A stretch of 32,447 nt of DNA from Lentimicrobiaceae bacterium (GTDB taxonomy: Bacteria > Bacteroidota > Bacteroidia > Bacteroidales > SKPS01), in NCBI GenBank assembly GCA_007119395.1, contig SKPS01000181.1, forward strand, positions 1 to 32,447, read 5' to 3'. Shown here piece after piece: positions 9,201 to 17,104 of this stretch (positions are counted from its first letter, which is position 1; each line of letters begins with the position of its first letter). The notes beneath the pieces are model-generated. The model saw only the letters and a program-made list of their open reading frames with translations. It was not told where the DNA came from and did not search any database. Position numbers and translations under genes: made by a program.

Positions 9201-10697
9201 AACCAAAGCTGTAATGTCACGCACTGATGCATAGCACCTTGTGTTACGCATACGTAAGCGCCACTCTAACCAACGAACTTCTCCTCCCTTTGAGTAAATC
9301 CGGCACAAATGGTACTGGTCTTCAATGCCATGGGCAGCATCGTCTAAAAACTTCTGAAAACTCTCACGTTCCTTAGTTGGCATTAAAGCGGTCGCACGTT
9401 GCATAAAAAGATCCTGATAAGCATAACCCAGCTCCTTTTCCCATGCAGGATTGGCATGTAGAAAAACCCCCTGTAAATCTAAGACACACAGCATGTCTAA
9501 ACTGCTGGCAAAAAAGTCGTCCAGCTCTTTGGTTTTTTCTTTTAAAGCTGTTTCTGCTGCATACGCTTCTGAAATGTCGTTAAAGGTTACTATATGGCAA
9601 TAGAGTGGCAACGATGGCTCAACGATCCTGGAGTGTTTAACCTGGTAGGTTCGCAGACCATGGGAGGTCTCAATTTCCAACAGAACAGAGTCACTTTCCC
9701 TGCTGAGGAAACGATCACAAACCGTCTTGTCATGAAACAGCGACTCCAAAGGGATCCCGCGCTCAGGTTTTACCACGTTGCTGAATGTATCCCTCGCAAT
9801 ACGGTTCAGATCCAGAATTCTCCGGTCATCATCTACCAAAATAACACTATCGTTGATGCCTTCAAAAACCCTGTTGTACAACAGATGCTTCATGTCGAAC
9901 ATTCTTGTGAACACCAAGGCATGTCCAAACAGCAAAGCGGTAAAGGCAAATCCAAAAGGAGCCAGATCAATACCGGCAGGGCTTAAACCGGCTATATAGA
10001 TAAAATGTGCGAGCCACGGAGCGAGCAAACCAGCCACCAGGGTGTGCAAATGCTTCTTTGCAGATCCCACCACACTGCGTCTTATCTCCCGAAGAACAAT
10101 GATCAATGCCACGAGCACCAGCAGGTTAATGTAGAACAGGTTCACATAATAAAAAAACCCGGGTGTGATCTGCAGAATCAATAACCCCTGCACCCTGACG
10201 GCCTCAACATGGTTGTAGATAAGTCCCAAATCAGCATCAAAAAACTTCAAAACAATGATGGTTGCCGGTATCACCGACAACGCAAGCCAATGCCATGGTC
10301 TGAGCCTATTGACAGTGCCTGTGTATTGCAGGCAGAATGTCAAAGCATATACCGGTAGCATTGCAATACCAATGTATTGTATGGCACTCCACATCAACGC
10401 ATCGGCTAATGAGGCAGAAGTGATTTCAAGCGCATAAAACAATGTGTATAGTGCCATGGATGAGCACAAACCGGTATATGCAGGGGCCCCGGAAACACGG
10501 TGCTTTAAAAACGAAATGATCGACAAAACCAACATGATGATGCCTGTCAACACCAGTAAAGCAAACAGCATGGTTGCCCATCCTGAATAGGAACTTGCTA
10601 ACGTTGTGCTAACTATTGTTGCCATATAGATGACGCCTCTCAAGGTTGTGTTTGGGTGCAAGAGTCTAAGAAATACAGAGCCCATGAAAGAAAGCAC
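6234..10697 (-). CDS. Large hybrid sensor histidine kinase: N-terminal 7TM region, PAS-PAS-GAF-PAS-GAF, HisKA, HATPase_c, REC, and a C-terminal helical Hpt-like tail
   Basis: 1487-aa ORF. About seven hydrophobic helices occupy the first ~270 aa. PAS-like blocks end in ...SVRDITA and ...IYIDITEQV. Two GAF-like blocks are present (...VSLNLLDTDGQQF..., ...VSRVYIFENNDD...). H-box: SHEIRTPMNAILGF. N-box: NLVGNAVKFT. G1: DTGIGIS. G2: GTGLGLSISKRL. Receiver: VVIIDD...VVTDIRMPIMDG...MKP. The start is uncertain: GTG 10697, ATG 10685 or ATG 10625 (MATIVSTTL, just before the first TM helix). Confidence 0.88.
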   Translation of the reverse strand: MLSFMGSVFLRLLHPNTTLRGVIYMATIVSTTLASSYSGWATMLFALLVLTGIIMLVLSIISFLKHRVSGAPAYTGLCSSMALYTLFYALEITSASLADALMWSAIQYIGIAMLPVYALTFCLQYTGTVNRLRPWHWLALSVIPATIIVLKFFDADLGLIYNHVEAVRVQGLLILQITPGFFYYVNLFYINLLVLVALIIVLREIRRSVVGSAKKHLHTLVAGLLAPWLAHFIYIAGLSPAGIDLAPFGFAFTALLFGHALVFTRMFDMKHLLYNRVFEGINDSVILVDDDRRILDLNRIARDTFSNVVKPERGIPLESLFHDKTVCDRFLSRESDSVLLEIETSHGLRTYQVKHSRIVEPSLPLYCHIVTFNDISEAYAAETALKEKTKELDDFFASSLDMLCVLDLQGVFLHANPAWEKELGYAYQDLFMQRATALMPTKERESFQKFLDDAAHGIEDQYHLCRIYSKGGEVRWLEWRLRMRNTRCYASVRDITALVGEQEYLRQLIAYSEGFLQTPFSQFAPDMITRALLKMTDASFVSLNLLDTDGQQFRVSGCVMKSKDPALIQQLEGKPFPAMDYTSYLQHERIGPQQSPLVSVISNKVIARLAKSHPFWQNLCQSTGLISDDTSAVLVPLYTDRGAVGEIVYIGTGKIVTERLDLTGLFVRLTCLFLARREAIEASISERLYFETLFESSPGGVVILDENDRVIRCNKQFIKMFGYSQLEAQGRSVNDLIVPKELISEGERITQVVAKGREVKQETVRVDKLGQRIDVSILGKPVVLEDGRRLIYGIYIDITEQVRVKNMLISRQKEIEHTLGLQKLISEIALELNTTAHLSERIHKVIGLIGEAVDVSRVYIFENNDDQESTRNSYEWCASHAQPQIDHLQDLRFSDIQYIHQKLAGDGEVVVNRVEMVDESTRQFMVSQSIKAMVIYPLYVKQRFFGFIGYDECRNSREWNTTDLEMLRTVSAVLSIAFERQQVEQAVQEERDRANRANIAKSEFLANMSHEIRTPMNAILGFSETLHDQLAESDHQSMLQSVLTSGRSLLALLNDILDLSKIESGHIDLSINSFDLISLIREVLLLFSDRARDRGIKVVFNPPDDFPGKIHLDEIRMRQVLFNLVGNAVKFTHAGFVEVIVGATECIQGVFNINISVKDTGIGISKEQLPTIFDPFKQVSSKATRKYEGTGLGLSISKRLIEKMNGKLLVKSEEGVGSVFTIVLEGIECATAEATVVQGQDPVPGTYFKDAEVVIIDDVESNLMLMDRFLKGVGFTTRLARNGKEGVDLIRQSIPNIVVTDIRMPIMDGFAVVEELKKSPETKDIPVLACTAALIELKASDQTQLFDGVIMKPVLRENLLRELERFMPEKKKTLHPDWALKQPFNIKMFTPPPDDSLLIYNTLREQFLPEWEDLKDQLVLFQIETFAKKLTSLAKSFNFAFLESYATRLLKEVQDINLDQIIHLLSLFPEIVSRLQIDLDKKRDNER

Positions 10698-10719
10698 CTT
10701 CAGGGTTCTGCGAACCCGA

Positions 10720-10727
10720 CAAAGATA
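10720..10727 (-). promoter_or_regulatory. Candidate -7 promoter box upstream of the large hybrid kinase
   Basis: The minus strand reads TATCTTTG, a perfect TAnnTTTG match, in the 155-bp gap between the single-domain receiver gene and the kinase gene. No good TTTG -33 partner was seen. Confidence 0.25.
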
Positions 10728-10852
10728 ATGTAAGTTTCCTGAAGCTTAAAACAGCAGAACCTTTCTTCATGAGAAAAAAGCAATCGCAAGAATTTCATGC
10801 ACCGTGTGAAGGGAGGATGTCACTAAATGATAAAGGGGAAATCAAAAACACG

Positions 10853-11266
10853 TTAAGAAACGTAGGTCTTTTCGTTGGTCACCTCGCTTAACAAGGGCTT
10901 AAGTTGAGCAATGAGTTTGTTAGGCATCACAGTTTTGGGTACGTAAGCACTCACTTTTTGATGAGCAAGCTTTTTGGCTGCTTTGTTCAAATCCACAACA
11001 GAGAACACAATGACCGGAATGTCTTGGAAGGTCTCATTTTGCTGCAATACCTTGATGAAATTATAACCATCCATACCTGGCATCCGAAGGTCGGTGATCA
11101 CAGCGTCAGGGGTGTATCCCTGCCCAAGCAAGTCCATCGCCTGCCTGCCATCATGAGCAACCGAAATATCGTACTCCTTCGAAAGTAACACCCTCATCAG
11201 GCTGGTGATTTCACGCAAATCATCAACCACTAGAATGCTTCTTCTCTTATTAGGTCTTGGTGTCAT
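10853..11266 (-). CDS. Single-domain response regulator (CheY-like receiver only)
   Basis: 137 aa. Motifs: ILVVDD acidic pocket, VITDLRMPGMDG phospho-acceptor Asp, VFSV, YVPK lysine. There is no output domain. Confidence 0.88.
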   Translation of the reverse strand: MTPRPNKRRSILVVDDLREITSLMRVLLSKEYDISVAHDGRQAMDLLGQGYTPDAVITDLRMPGMDGYNFIKVLQQNETFQDIPVIVFSVVDLNKAAKKLAHQKVSAYVPKTVMPNKLIAQLKPLLSEVTNEKTYVS

Positions 11267-11481
11267 AAATCTAGGCTCTCAACATTTGAATTGTACCTGC
11301 TCTAGAAAACAATTTTCATGCCGTGGTTTTTAATATTCAGCAATCCAATAAGATGCATTTGCTTTGGCCTTTTGTCAAACATTCTGTTATTCATTTTCGA
11401 ATATGCTGCCTTCGGTTTGGCTATGCGACTGGTCGCAAATGATGAATTGTAAGAAACAAGAAAAGCCGTACCTTTACACGC

Positions 11482-12570
11482 GTGAAAAATCTGCAGTCAA
11501 AAATAATCATTTCTGATCAGTTTTCAACATTTTTATCACTTTTTGGCGATATTTTTTTCGATCGGAAGAGTGAATCTGTTGTGGTATTATGTGACCAAAA
11601 TACAGCACATTACTGTTTGCCTGCACTACAAGAGATAATCCGTGAAAAGGGGTTGGTGTGGAATGTGTTTGTGATGAATGCCGGTGAAGAGTTCAAAACA
11701 CTGCACCAGTCACAAGAAATGATTCAGTTTCTTTTGCAAACAGGAGCTACCAGAAACACTGTTCTGATAAACCTTGGAGGTGGCACTGTCTGTGACCTGG
11801 GTGGGTTTGTGGCATCCGTTTACAAAAGAGGCATCCCCTTCCTGAATCTCCCCACTACGCTGATTGCTCAGGCAGATGCCGCCATCGGTGGTAAAACCGG
11901 TGTGAACCACCTTACGATAAAAAACCTGATAGGAACCTTTCATGCTCCCATGGCTGTTGGTATCTTTCCGCAGTTTTTACAAACACTGCCGCAACAGCAC
12001 TGGAAATCCGGGCTTGGCGAACTCTTTAAATATGCAATGATTGGGGCTGACATTTCTCTGCAGGCCATCTCTGCCTTGCAGCCAAACAACACCCAGCCTC
12101 TGACGGGTGTGATTCAGGAAGCAGTTCGGTTCAAAACAGCCATAGTGGATGCTGACCCTTTCGAAAAGGGCCCTCGTAAAGTGCTGAACTTCGGACATAC
12201 AGTCGGGCATGCCATTGAGTCCCTGGCGCTGGAAAACAACCTTGGAATCACACACGGGGAAGCAGTCGCCGCCGGTGTTGTGGCTGAAACATATTTATCG
12301 GTTGAAGCGCTGGACCTTAACAGCAGTGTACTGAACAAGGTCTCAGAATTTTTCCTGCAACACTTCTCCATCCAACCAGAACTGACAGAAGACCCCGCAC
12401 GGCTTTTGCAACTGATGCTTCACGACAAAAAAAACCGGTCACATGACGCCATCCAACCTGTCTTGCTCAGCCAAAATGGAGAGCCACGTGTTAACGAAAC
12501 TGTTTCTCAGGAGCTGATCACCCGGTCATTGGTTTTTCTTCACGAACTGATTCAGAAGAGAGGAGGATGA
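11482..12570 (+). CDS. aroB: 3-dehydroquinate synthase
   Basis: 362 aa. Motifs: GGGTVCDLGGFVASVYKRGIPFLNLPTTLIAQADAAIGGKTGVN and NFGHTVGHAIE...HGEAVAAG, which are the DHQS nucleotide and metal-binding motifs. The start is GTG at 11482. The first in-frame ATG would delete the N-terminal domain, and an in-frame TGA lies at 11443-11445. Confidence 0.9.
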   Translation: MKNLQSKIIISDQFSTFLSLFGDIFFDRKSESVVVLCDQNTAHYCLPALQEIIREKGLVWNVFVMNAGEEFKTLHQSQEMIQFLLQTGATRNTVLINLGGGTVCDLGGFVASVYKRGIPFLNLPTTLIAQADAAIGGKTGVNHLTIKNLIGTFHAPMAVGIFPQFLQTLPQQHWKSGLGELFKYAMIGADISLQAISALQPNNTQPLTGVIQEAVRFKTAIVDADPFEKGPRKVLNFGHTVGHAIESLALENNLGITHGEAVAAGVVAETYLSVEALDLNSSVLNKVSEFFLQHFSIQPELTEDPARLLQLMLHDKKNRSHDAIQPVLLSQNGEPRVNETVSQELITRSLVFLHELIQKRGG

Positions 12571-12573
12571 ATC

Positions 12574-13845
12574 ATGCCTGAAAAGCTACTGATTGAACCC
12601 TTGCCAAAGCAACCGGTCGTTGACGGTATAGATCTTCCTTTGAGCAAGAGCGTTCTCAACCGTTACCTGTGCATGGAATTGCTGCAAAACGGCACTTTAA
12701 CCCAACTACCGGCGTACAGTTTGGCAGACGATGTGGTGTTGATGCACAATGTGCTTCAGAAACTTTCCAATCACCAAAGTGACCAATCAGGAGAGCCTGT
12801 TGTGCTTGATTGCCATAATGCCGGTACCGTGGCACGTTTCGCTGCGGTAATGGCTGCTTCTCTCGGAATTAAAGCGATCGTCAAAGGTGACCCAAGACTG
12901 CACCAGAGACCAGTGGCAGAATTGGGAGAGATGCTGAAAAGTGTCGGGTTCGATCTGGAATGGATTGGTCAGAAAGGGTTCCTCCCACTTTTGATCAACG
13001 GGGGTAGGTGCTCTGTAGATACCTTACGGGTGAAAGCCACGGAGAGCAGCCAGCACATTTCGGCATGCCTGTTGGTGGCCCCGTTTCTTGGAAGGGAATT
13101 GGTGGTGGAATGGAGTGAAGATATCGTATCATGGCCATATGTTGAGCTGACGATCAAAATGATGCAGCAAAGCGGTGCCAGGGCGAGTCTGCAGCCAAAG
13201 AGCGTGGTGATATCGCCCGGCGGTTACCCGTATCTGAAGCCTTTTTGGGTGCGAGACTGGTCTTCTGCCGCTTTTATGCTGCAAGCTGCAACGATGATGC
13301 CTGTGGGCTCAACCATTCCGCTACGTCGGTTAACCAGAAACCAGCTCCAGGGCGATGAGATAGCAGAAGAGTTGTTTGCCCCATTGGGTGTAACACTACA
13401 GAATCACCCGGAGGGACTGATGGCCATCAAACGATCTACACCCGATCCGGTGGTGAAAGCCGACTTTACCCATTGCCCCGACTTGTTCAACACCTTTGCC
13501 ATGGCAGTGGCCATGTTGAATCTATCGGGTGTGCTACGTTGCCCAAAACACCTTCGCTATAAAGAATCAAACCGCTTGGGCGACTTTTTGGAAACACTCG
13601 CACGAAATGGCTTTCAGGTTGACTTGAAAGGGGATGAATTGTTAATAGAGCCCCGCAATTCCCCTTTACCAAATCCCCTTCTGTGTAACAGCATGAACGA
13701 CCACCGGATCGCAATGTCTTGGGCAATCGCAGGAATCAAACACCCGGTATTGCTCATAAACCCCGATGTGGTCTCTAAGTCTTTCCCCGGCTTCTTCAGT
13801 CAACTCGAAAAAGTGGCCAGTCTGACTACATGTAATCACCGGTAA
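12574..13845 (+). CDS. aroA: 3-phosphoshikimate 1-carboxyvinyltransferase (EPSP synthase)
   Basis: 423 aa. Motifs: LPLSKSVLNR, NAGTVARF, HQRPV..L...L, ESSQHISACLL, SWPYVELT, RYKESNRL, NDHRIAMSWAIAG, VSKSFPGFF. These align block-for-block with E. coli AroA motifs (KS.SNR, NAGTAMR, SSQ, KETDR, DHRMAM, KTFP.YF). The gene starts 3 nt after the aroB stop. Confidence 0.9.
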   Translation: MPEKLLIEPLPKQPVVDGIDLPLSKSVLNRYLCMELLQNGTLTQLPAYSLADDVVLMHNVLQKLSNHQSDQSGEPVVLDCHNAGTVARFAAVMAASLGIKAIVKGDPRLHQRPVAELGEMLKSVGFDLEWIGQKGFLPLLINGGRCSVDTLRVKATESSQHISACLLVAPFLGRELVVEWSEDIVSWPYVELTIKMMQQSGARASLQPKSVVISPGGYPYLKPFWVRDWSSAAFMLQAATMMPVGSTIPLRRLTRNQLQGDEIAEELFAPLGVTLQNHPEGLMAIKRSTPDPVVKADFTHCPDLFNTFAMAVAMLNLSGVLRCPKHLRYKESNRLGDFLETLARNGFQVDLKGDELLIEPRNSPLPNPLLCNSMNDHRIAMSWAIAGIKHPVLLINPDVVSKSFPGFFSQLEKVASLTTCNHR

Positions 13846-13880
13846 CTTCATTTTTTGTTGCAGGTTTAGAGGGAATTGGG

Positions 13881-13888
13881 TATTTTTG
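13881..13888 (+). promoter_or_regulatory. Candidate -7 promoter box upstream of efp
   Basis: TATTTTTG matches TAnnTTTG, and a TTG at 13858-13860 lies 20 nt upstream. It sits 142 nt before the efp ATG, which implies a long leader if it is used. Confidence 0.25.
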
Positions 13889-14029
13889 CAAACCATTTGA
13901 AACAGGGAATGGGTGTTGCTTCATGGCGGATAGCCAAACATGGCAGTTGAGATCAGGCAGCAAGTGAAGAAGCAAACACAATTTGACCGGTTAAAACATT
14001 AATTATCAATCAACAACAAGAACTAATAT

Positions 14030-14596
14030 ATGGCATCTACAGCAGACATAAAAAACGGACTTTGCATTGAATTCAACAATGATTTATACACTATCGTTGA
14101 ATTTCAGCATGTTAAACCCGGGAAAGGGGCTGCATTCATCAGAACCAAACTGAAGAACATCAAAACCGGCAAAGTGCTTGCCAACACGTTTCCTTCAGGA
14201 GCAAAAATCAATATTCAGCGGGTAGAGCGAAGAAAGTACCAATATCTCTATAAGGACGAATCGGGTTATCACTTCATGAACCAGGAGACCTATGAACAGA
14301 TTCCAATCGAAGAGGATCTGCTAAATGCTCCGCAGTTTTTGCTGGAAGGTCAGGAGATTGATATTGTTTTTCATGCCGACACTGAAAGCCCGTTGTATGC
14401 GGAAATGCCTGCATTCGTTGTCCTGGAGGTTACTTATGCTGAACCGGGCGTGAAAGGTGATACCGCTACCAATACGCTGAAGCCTGCCACTGTGGAAACA
14501 GGCGCCACAGTGAACGTTCCGCTTTTCATCAACCCGGGTGAAAAAATCAAGGTTGATACACGTACAGGTGAGTATTCTGAAAGGGTGAAAGAATAA
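14030..14596 (+). CDS. efp: Translation elongation factor P
   Basis: 188 aa. The sequence MASTADIKNG..IEF...Y.IVEFQHVKPGKGAAFIRTKLKN contains the conserved KPGKG loop, and the three-domain length is typical of EF-P. Confidence 0.95.
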   Translation: MASTADIKNGLCIEFNNDLYTIVEFQHVKPGKGAAFIRTKLKNIKTGKVLANTFPSGAKINIQRVERRKYQYLYKDESGYHFMNQETYEQIPIEEDLLNAPQFLLEGQEIDIVFHADTESPLYAEMPAFVVLEVTYAEPGVKGDTATNTLKPATVETGATVNVPLFINPGEKIKVDTRTGEYSERVKE

Positions 14597-14610
14597 CAAA
14601 ACAGAGCAAT

Positions 14611-15549
14611 ATGCAATTTACCACTCCCATTCCGGTCCGTGAGATCGCTCAGTTTATTCAGGCAGAAATCGAAGGGGACCATGACCTGGTTGCTACCGGA
14701 ATTAATGAAATTCACATGGTGCAGAAAGGTGACATCACTTTTGTTGATCACCCTAAGTACTATGATAAGGTGTTGAAGTCGAAGGCATCGGTTATCATCA
14801 TCAACATACGCAAAGAGGCACCCAAAGGAAAGACTTTGCTGCTGGTTGATGACCCTTTTTCAGCATATGTGGCTTTGGTGAAGAAGCACCGCCCTTTTAT
14901 TCCCTCTACAGCCATGATCAGTGATACGGCTACCATCGGAGAAGGGACCGTATTGCAGCCGGGCGTGTTCGTCGGAAACCATGTGACCATCGGCAAGAAT
15001 TGCCTGATTCATGCCAATGTAACCATAAACGACCATTGCATATTGGGCGACAACGTCATCATTAACCCCAATACAGTGATAGGCGGCGATGCGTTCTATT
15101 TTAAGAAAAGAGCTGAAGGGTTTGATAAGATGGAGTCATGTGGACGCGTGGTGATTGGCAACAATGTGGAAATTGGAAGTGGAACCACCATCGATCGTGG
15201 TGTTTCAGGCGATACTACCATCGGTGATGGCAGCAAGCTTGACAACCTGATTCAGATTGGCCACGATACCGTCATTGGGAAAAACTGTCTGATCGCTTCC
15301 CAGGTTGGCATCGCCGGGGTAACGGTTATCCAGGACAACGTGACCATTTGGGGGCAGGTGGGCATTCAAAAAGACCTGGTCATTGAATCGGGTGTTGAAA
15401 TACTGGCCAAATCGGGCGTACCCAAATCTCTGAAAGCAGACACGGTGTACTTTGGTATTCCTGTGCGTGAAGCCAGAGAGAAGATGCGCGAAATCGCACT
15501 GTTGAAACAACTACCGGGCATCCTGGCTGAAATTACTGAGAAACTCTGA
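14611..15549 (+). CDS. lpxD: UDP-3-O-acylglucosamine N-acyltransferase
   Basis: 312 aa. The N-terminal uridine-binding-type domain (..EIAQFIQAEIEGD.DL...GINEI....KGDITFVDHPKY...L..SKASVIIIN) is followed by a long run of left-handed beta-helix hexapeptide repeats (IGEGTVLQPGVFVGNHVTIGKNCLIHANVTINDHCILGDNVIINPNTVIGGD...). Confidence 0.85.
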   Translation: MQFTTPIPVREIAQFIQAEIEGDHDLVATGINEIHMVQKGDITFVDHPKYYDKVLKSKASVIIINIRKEAPKGKTLLLVDDPFSAYVALVKKHRPFIPSTAMISDTATIGEGTVLQPGVFVGNHVTIGKNCLIHANVTINDHCILGDNVIINPNTVIGGDAFYFKKRAEGFDKMESCGRVVIGNNVEIGSGTTIDRGVSGDTTIGDGSKLDNLIQIGHDTVIGKNCLIASQVGIAGVTVIQDNVTIWGQVGIQKDLVIESGVEILAKSGVPKSLKADTVYFGIPVREAREKMREIALLKQLPGILAEITEKL

Positions 15550-15614
15550 AAAAGCATCTTCTGCCAAGCCTGATTACCATGCTTTAAGTAAGCTCCCGCT
15601 ACATCATACCTCTC

Positions 15615-15638
15615 AGTAGATCTGTTTAACAGTCTACT
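15615..15638. terminator. Hairpin between convergent lpxD and the O-antigen-ligase-family gene (possible bidirectional terminator)
   Basis: The sequence is AGTAGA(t)CTG-TTTAA-CAGTCTACT: 9 bp with one bulge and a 5-nt loop. It overlaps the TAG stop (15634-15636, minus strand). There is no clear U tract on either side. Confidence 0.25.
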
Positions 15639-17094
15639 CTGTTTGCGCCCGATCCGATCCGGTGGTGGCTGTAGATCTTTTATGGTAAAGATCGATGGCT
15701 ACGATGATCGCAGTGAACCCCCAAAAGGGAATCGATGCCTTGTCGGTATCCAGAAAATTATTGAGAAATCCATGAACATAATAGGTGGTCAGACCAAGAA
15801 AAACTGCCATCAGATACCATTTAATCCTGTTGGGCAGGTCATGGTGAAGCAGCTTTAAAGTGAGCGAGATGACACCAATGATTAAAGCCACGAAGAGGAT
15901 GGTCCCGGGGATACCAGAATCACACATCGGGCCGATGTATTCGCTGTGCACATTGCCCTGGTCACCAAAATTGGTGGATATGATCGTCAGGTCTCTGGAT
16001 TTTTGAAAAGGGGCATACACAAACTGGTAGGTGCCGGGGCCCCATCCCAAAACCGGCCTCTCACGAATCATTCTCTGGGCTGCACTCCATCGGTTCAATC
16101 GCTCAAGATTCGATGCATCTGTTGTGATGTTCGACATGCTTTGTGCATGTTTGGCAAAATCAGTCTCTTCAGACTCCTGGGTGTTACGCTCCATCCTGGA
16201 GATGATGCGGTCCTGCAAGGCGAACAGCAGCGTAAGAGCAACCAAACCGCCAAGCATCAAGGTCCTGAACCGGATTTTAAAATAGAGGATGACAAAGAAT
16301 CCCATGGCAGCAAAAGTGCTTAACCATGCTGCGCGACTTACACTGAGCAAAAGCCCTGCAAAGATGATAGCGGTGAGCAATGCAAAGGCAAGCCTGGTGG
16401 TTCTGTTGTAGTGGTGGTCTAATGTGAACACAATACCAACAGGAAGAAACATCGCCAACACCGCACCATATGCCGTGTGGTCATTAAAGAAAGGGTACAT
16501 CACCCAGTGGGCCGCCTGACCGCCAAAACCCCTGAGAGAGTGCTGGTATGTGGTGTATATCACCACCATGGCCAAAGGAATCATAAACAACAGCAAAAAC
16601 TCTCTGATGCGTCGCTCCTTCTTAAACAGCAATGTGCCAAACAAATAGGCCGGCACAATAAACCATAGCTGCATCAACAGGTACTTGAATGACACAACGG
16701 GAAGCTCACTGGTGATGCTGGTTAGCAGCATCCATGTCAGATTCAGGAGCACAATGATGGTGATGGGATGTACCCATACCTCCTTGGGGAAGGGGTTTTC
16801 ATATAAGATTTTAAAGAGGATGATCACCAGCATACCAATCAGCAAAGGCTCGGTAGGCAAGGCGATTCCGGCACCCAACTCCTTGATAAAGACTTCAAAA
16901 GATAAAGGGGTGAAAAAGGCGATGATCAGAAAAACCCTGTCTAGTGAGAAAAGCATTAGCCCCAACACAATCAGCGCGGCAGGGAACAATGTAAACCAGA
17001 ACATCTCTTGTGAGATCAATACAGCGTTTACCGCCATGAATGCAACAGCAATCCATAGCGCAATGTTCCTTTTTTGCGTGTTGGTAAGCACCAT
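15634..17094 (-). CDS. O-antigen ligase / O-antigen polymerase family (Wzy_C-type) integral membrane protein
   Basis: 486 aa with about 10-12 hydrophobic helices. It contains the ...LLLSVSRAAWLS... segment characteristic of the Wzy_C/O-antigen ligase domain. A soluble loop follows (RMERNTQESEETDF...NRWSAAQRMIRERPVLGWGPGTY), then further TM helices. Confidence 0.7.
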   Translation of the reverse strand: MVLTNTQKRNIALWIAVAFMAVNAVLISQEMFWFTLFPAALIVLGLMLFSLDRVFLIIAFFTPLSFEVFIKELGAGIALPTEPLLIGMLVIILFKILYENPFPKEVWVHPITIIVLLNLTWMLLTSITSELPVVSFKYLLMQLWFIVPAYLFGTLLFKKERRIREFLLLFMIPLAMVVIYTTYQHSLRGFGGQAAHWVMYPFFNDHTAYGAVLAMFLPVGIVFTLDHHYNRTTRLAFALLTAIIFAGLLLSVSRAAWLSTFAAMGFFVILYFKIRFRTLMLGGLVALTLLFALQDRIISRMERNTQESEETDFAKHAQSMSNITTDASNLERLNRWSAAQRMIRERPVLGWGPGTYQFVYAPFQKSRDLTIISTNFGDQGNVHSEYIGPMCDSGIPGTILFVALIIGVISLTLKLLHHDLPNRIKWYLMAVFLGLTTYYVHGFLNNFLDTDKASIPFWGFTAIIVAIDLYHKRSTATTGSDRAQTE

Positions 17095-17104
17095 AAACGG
17101 CCCC

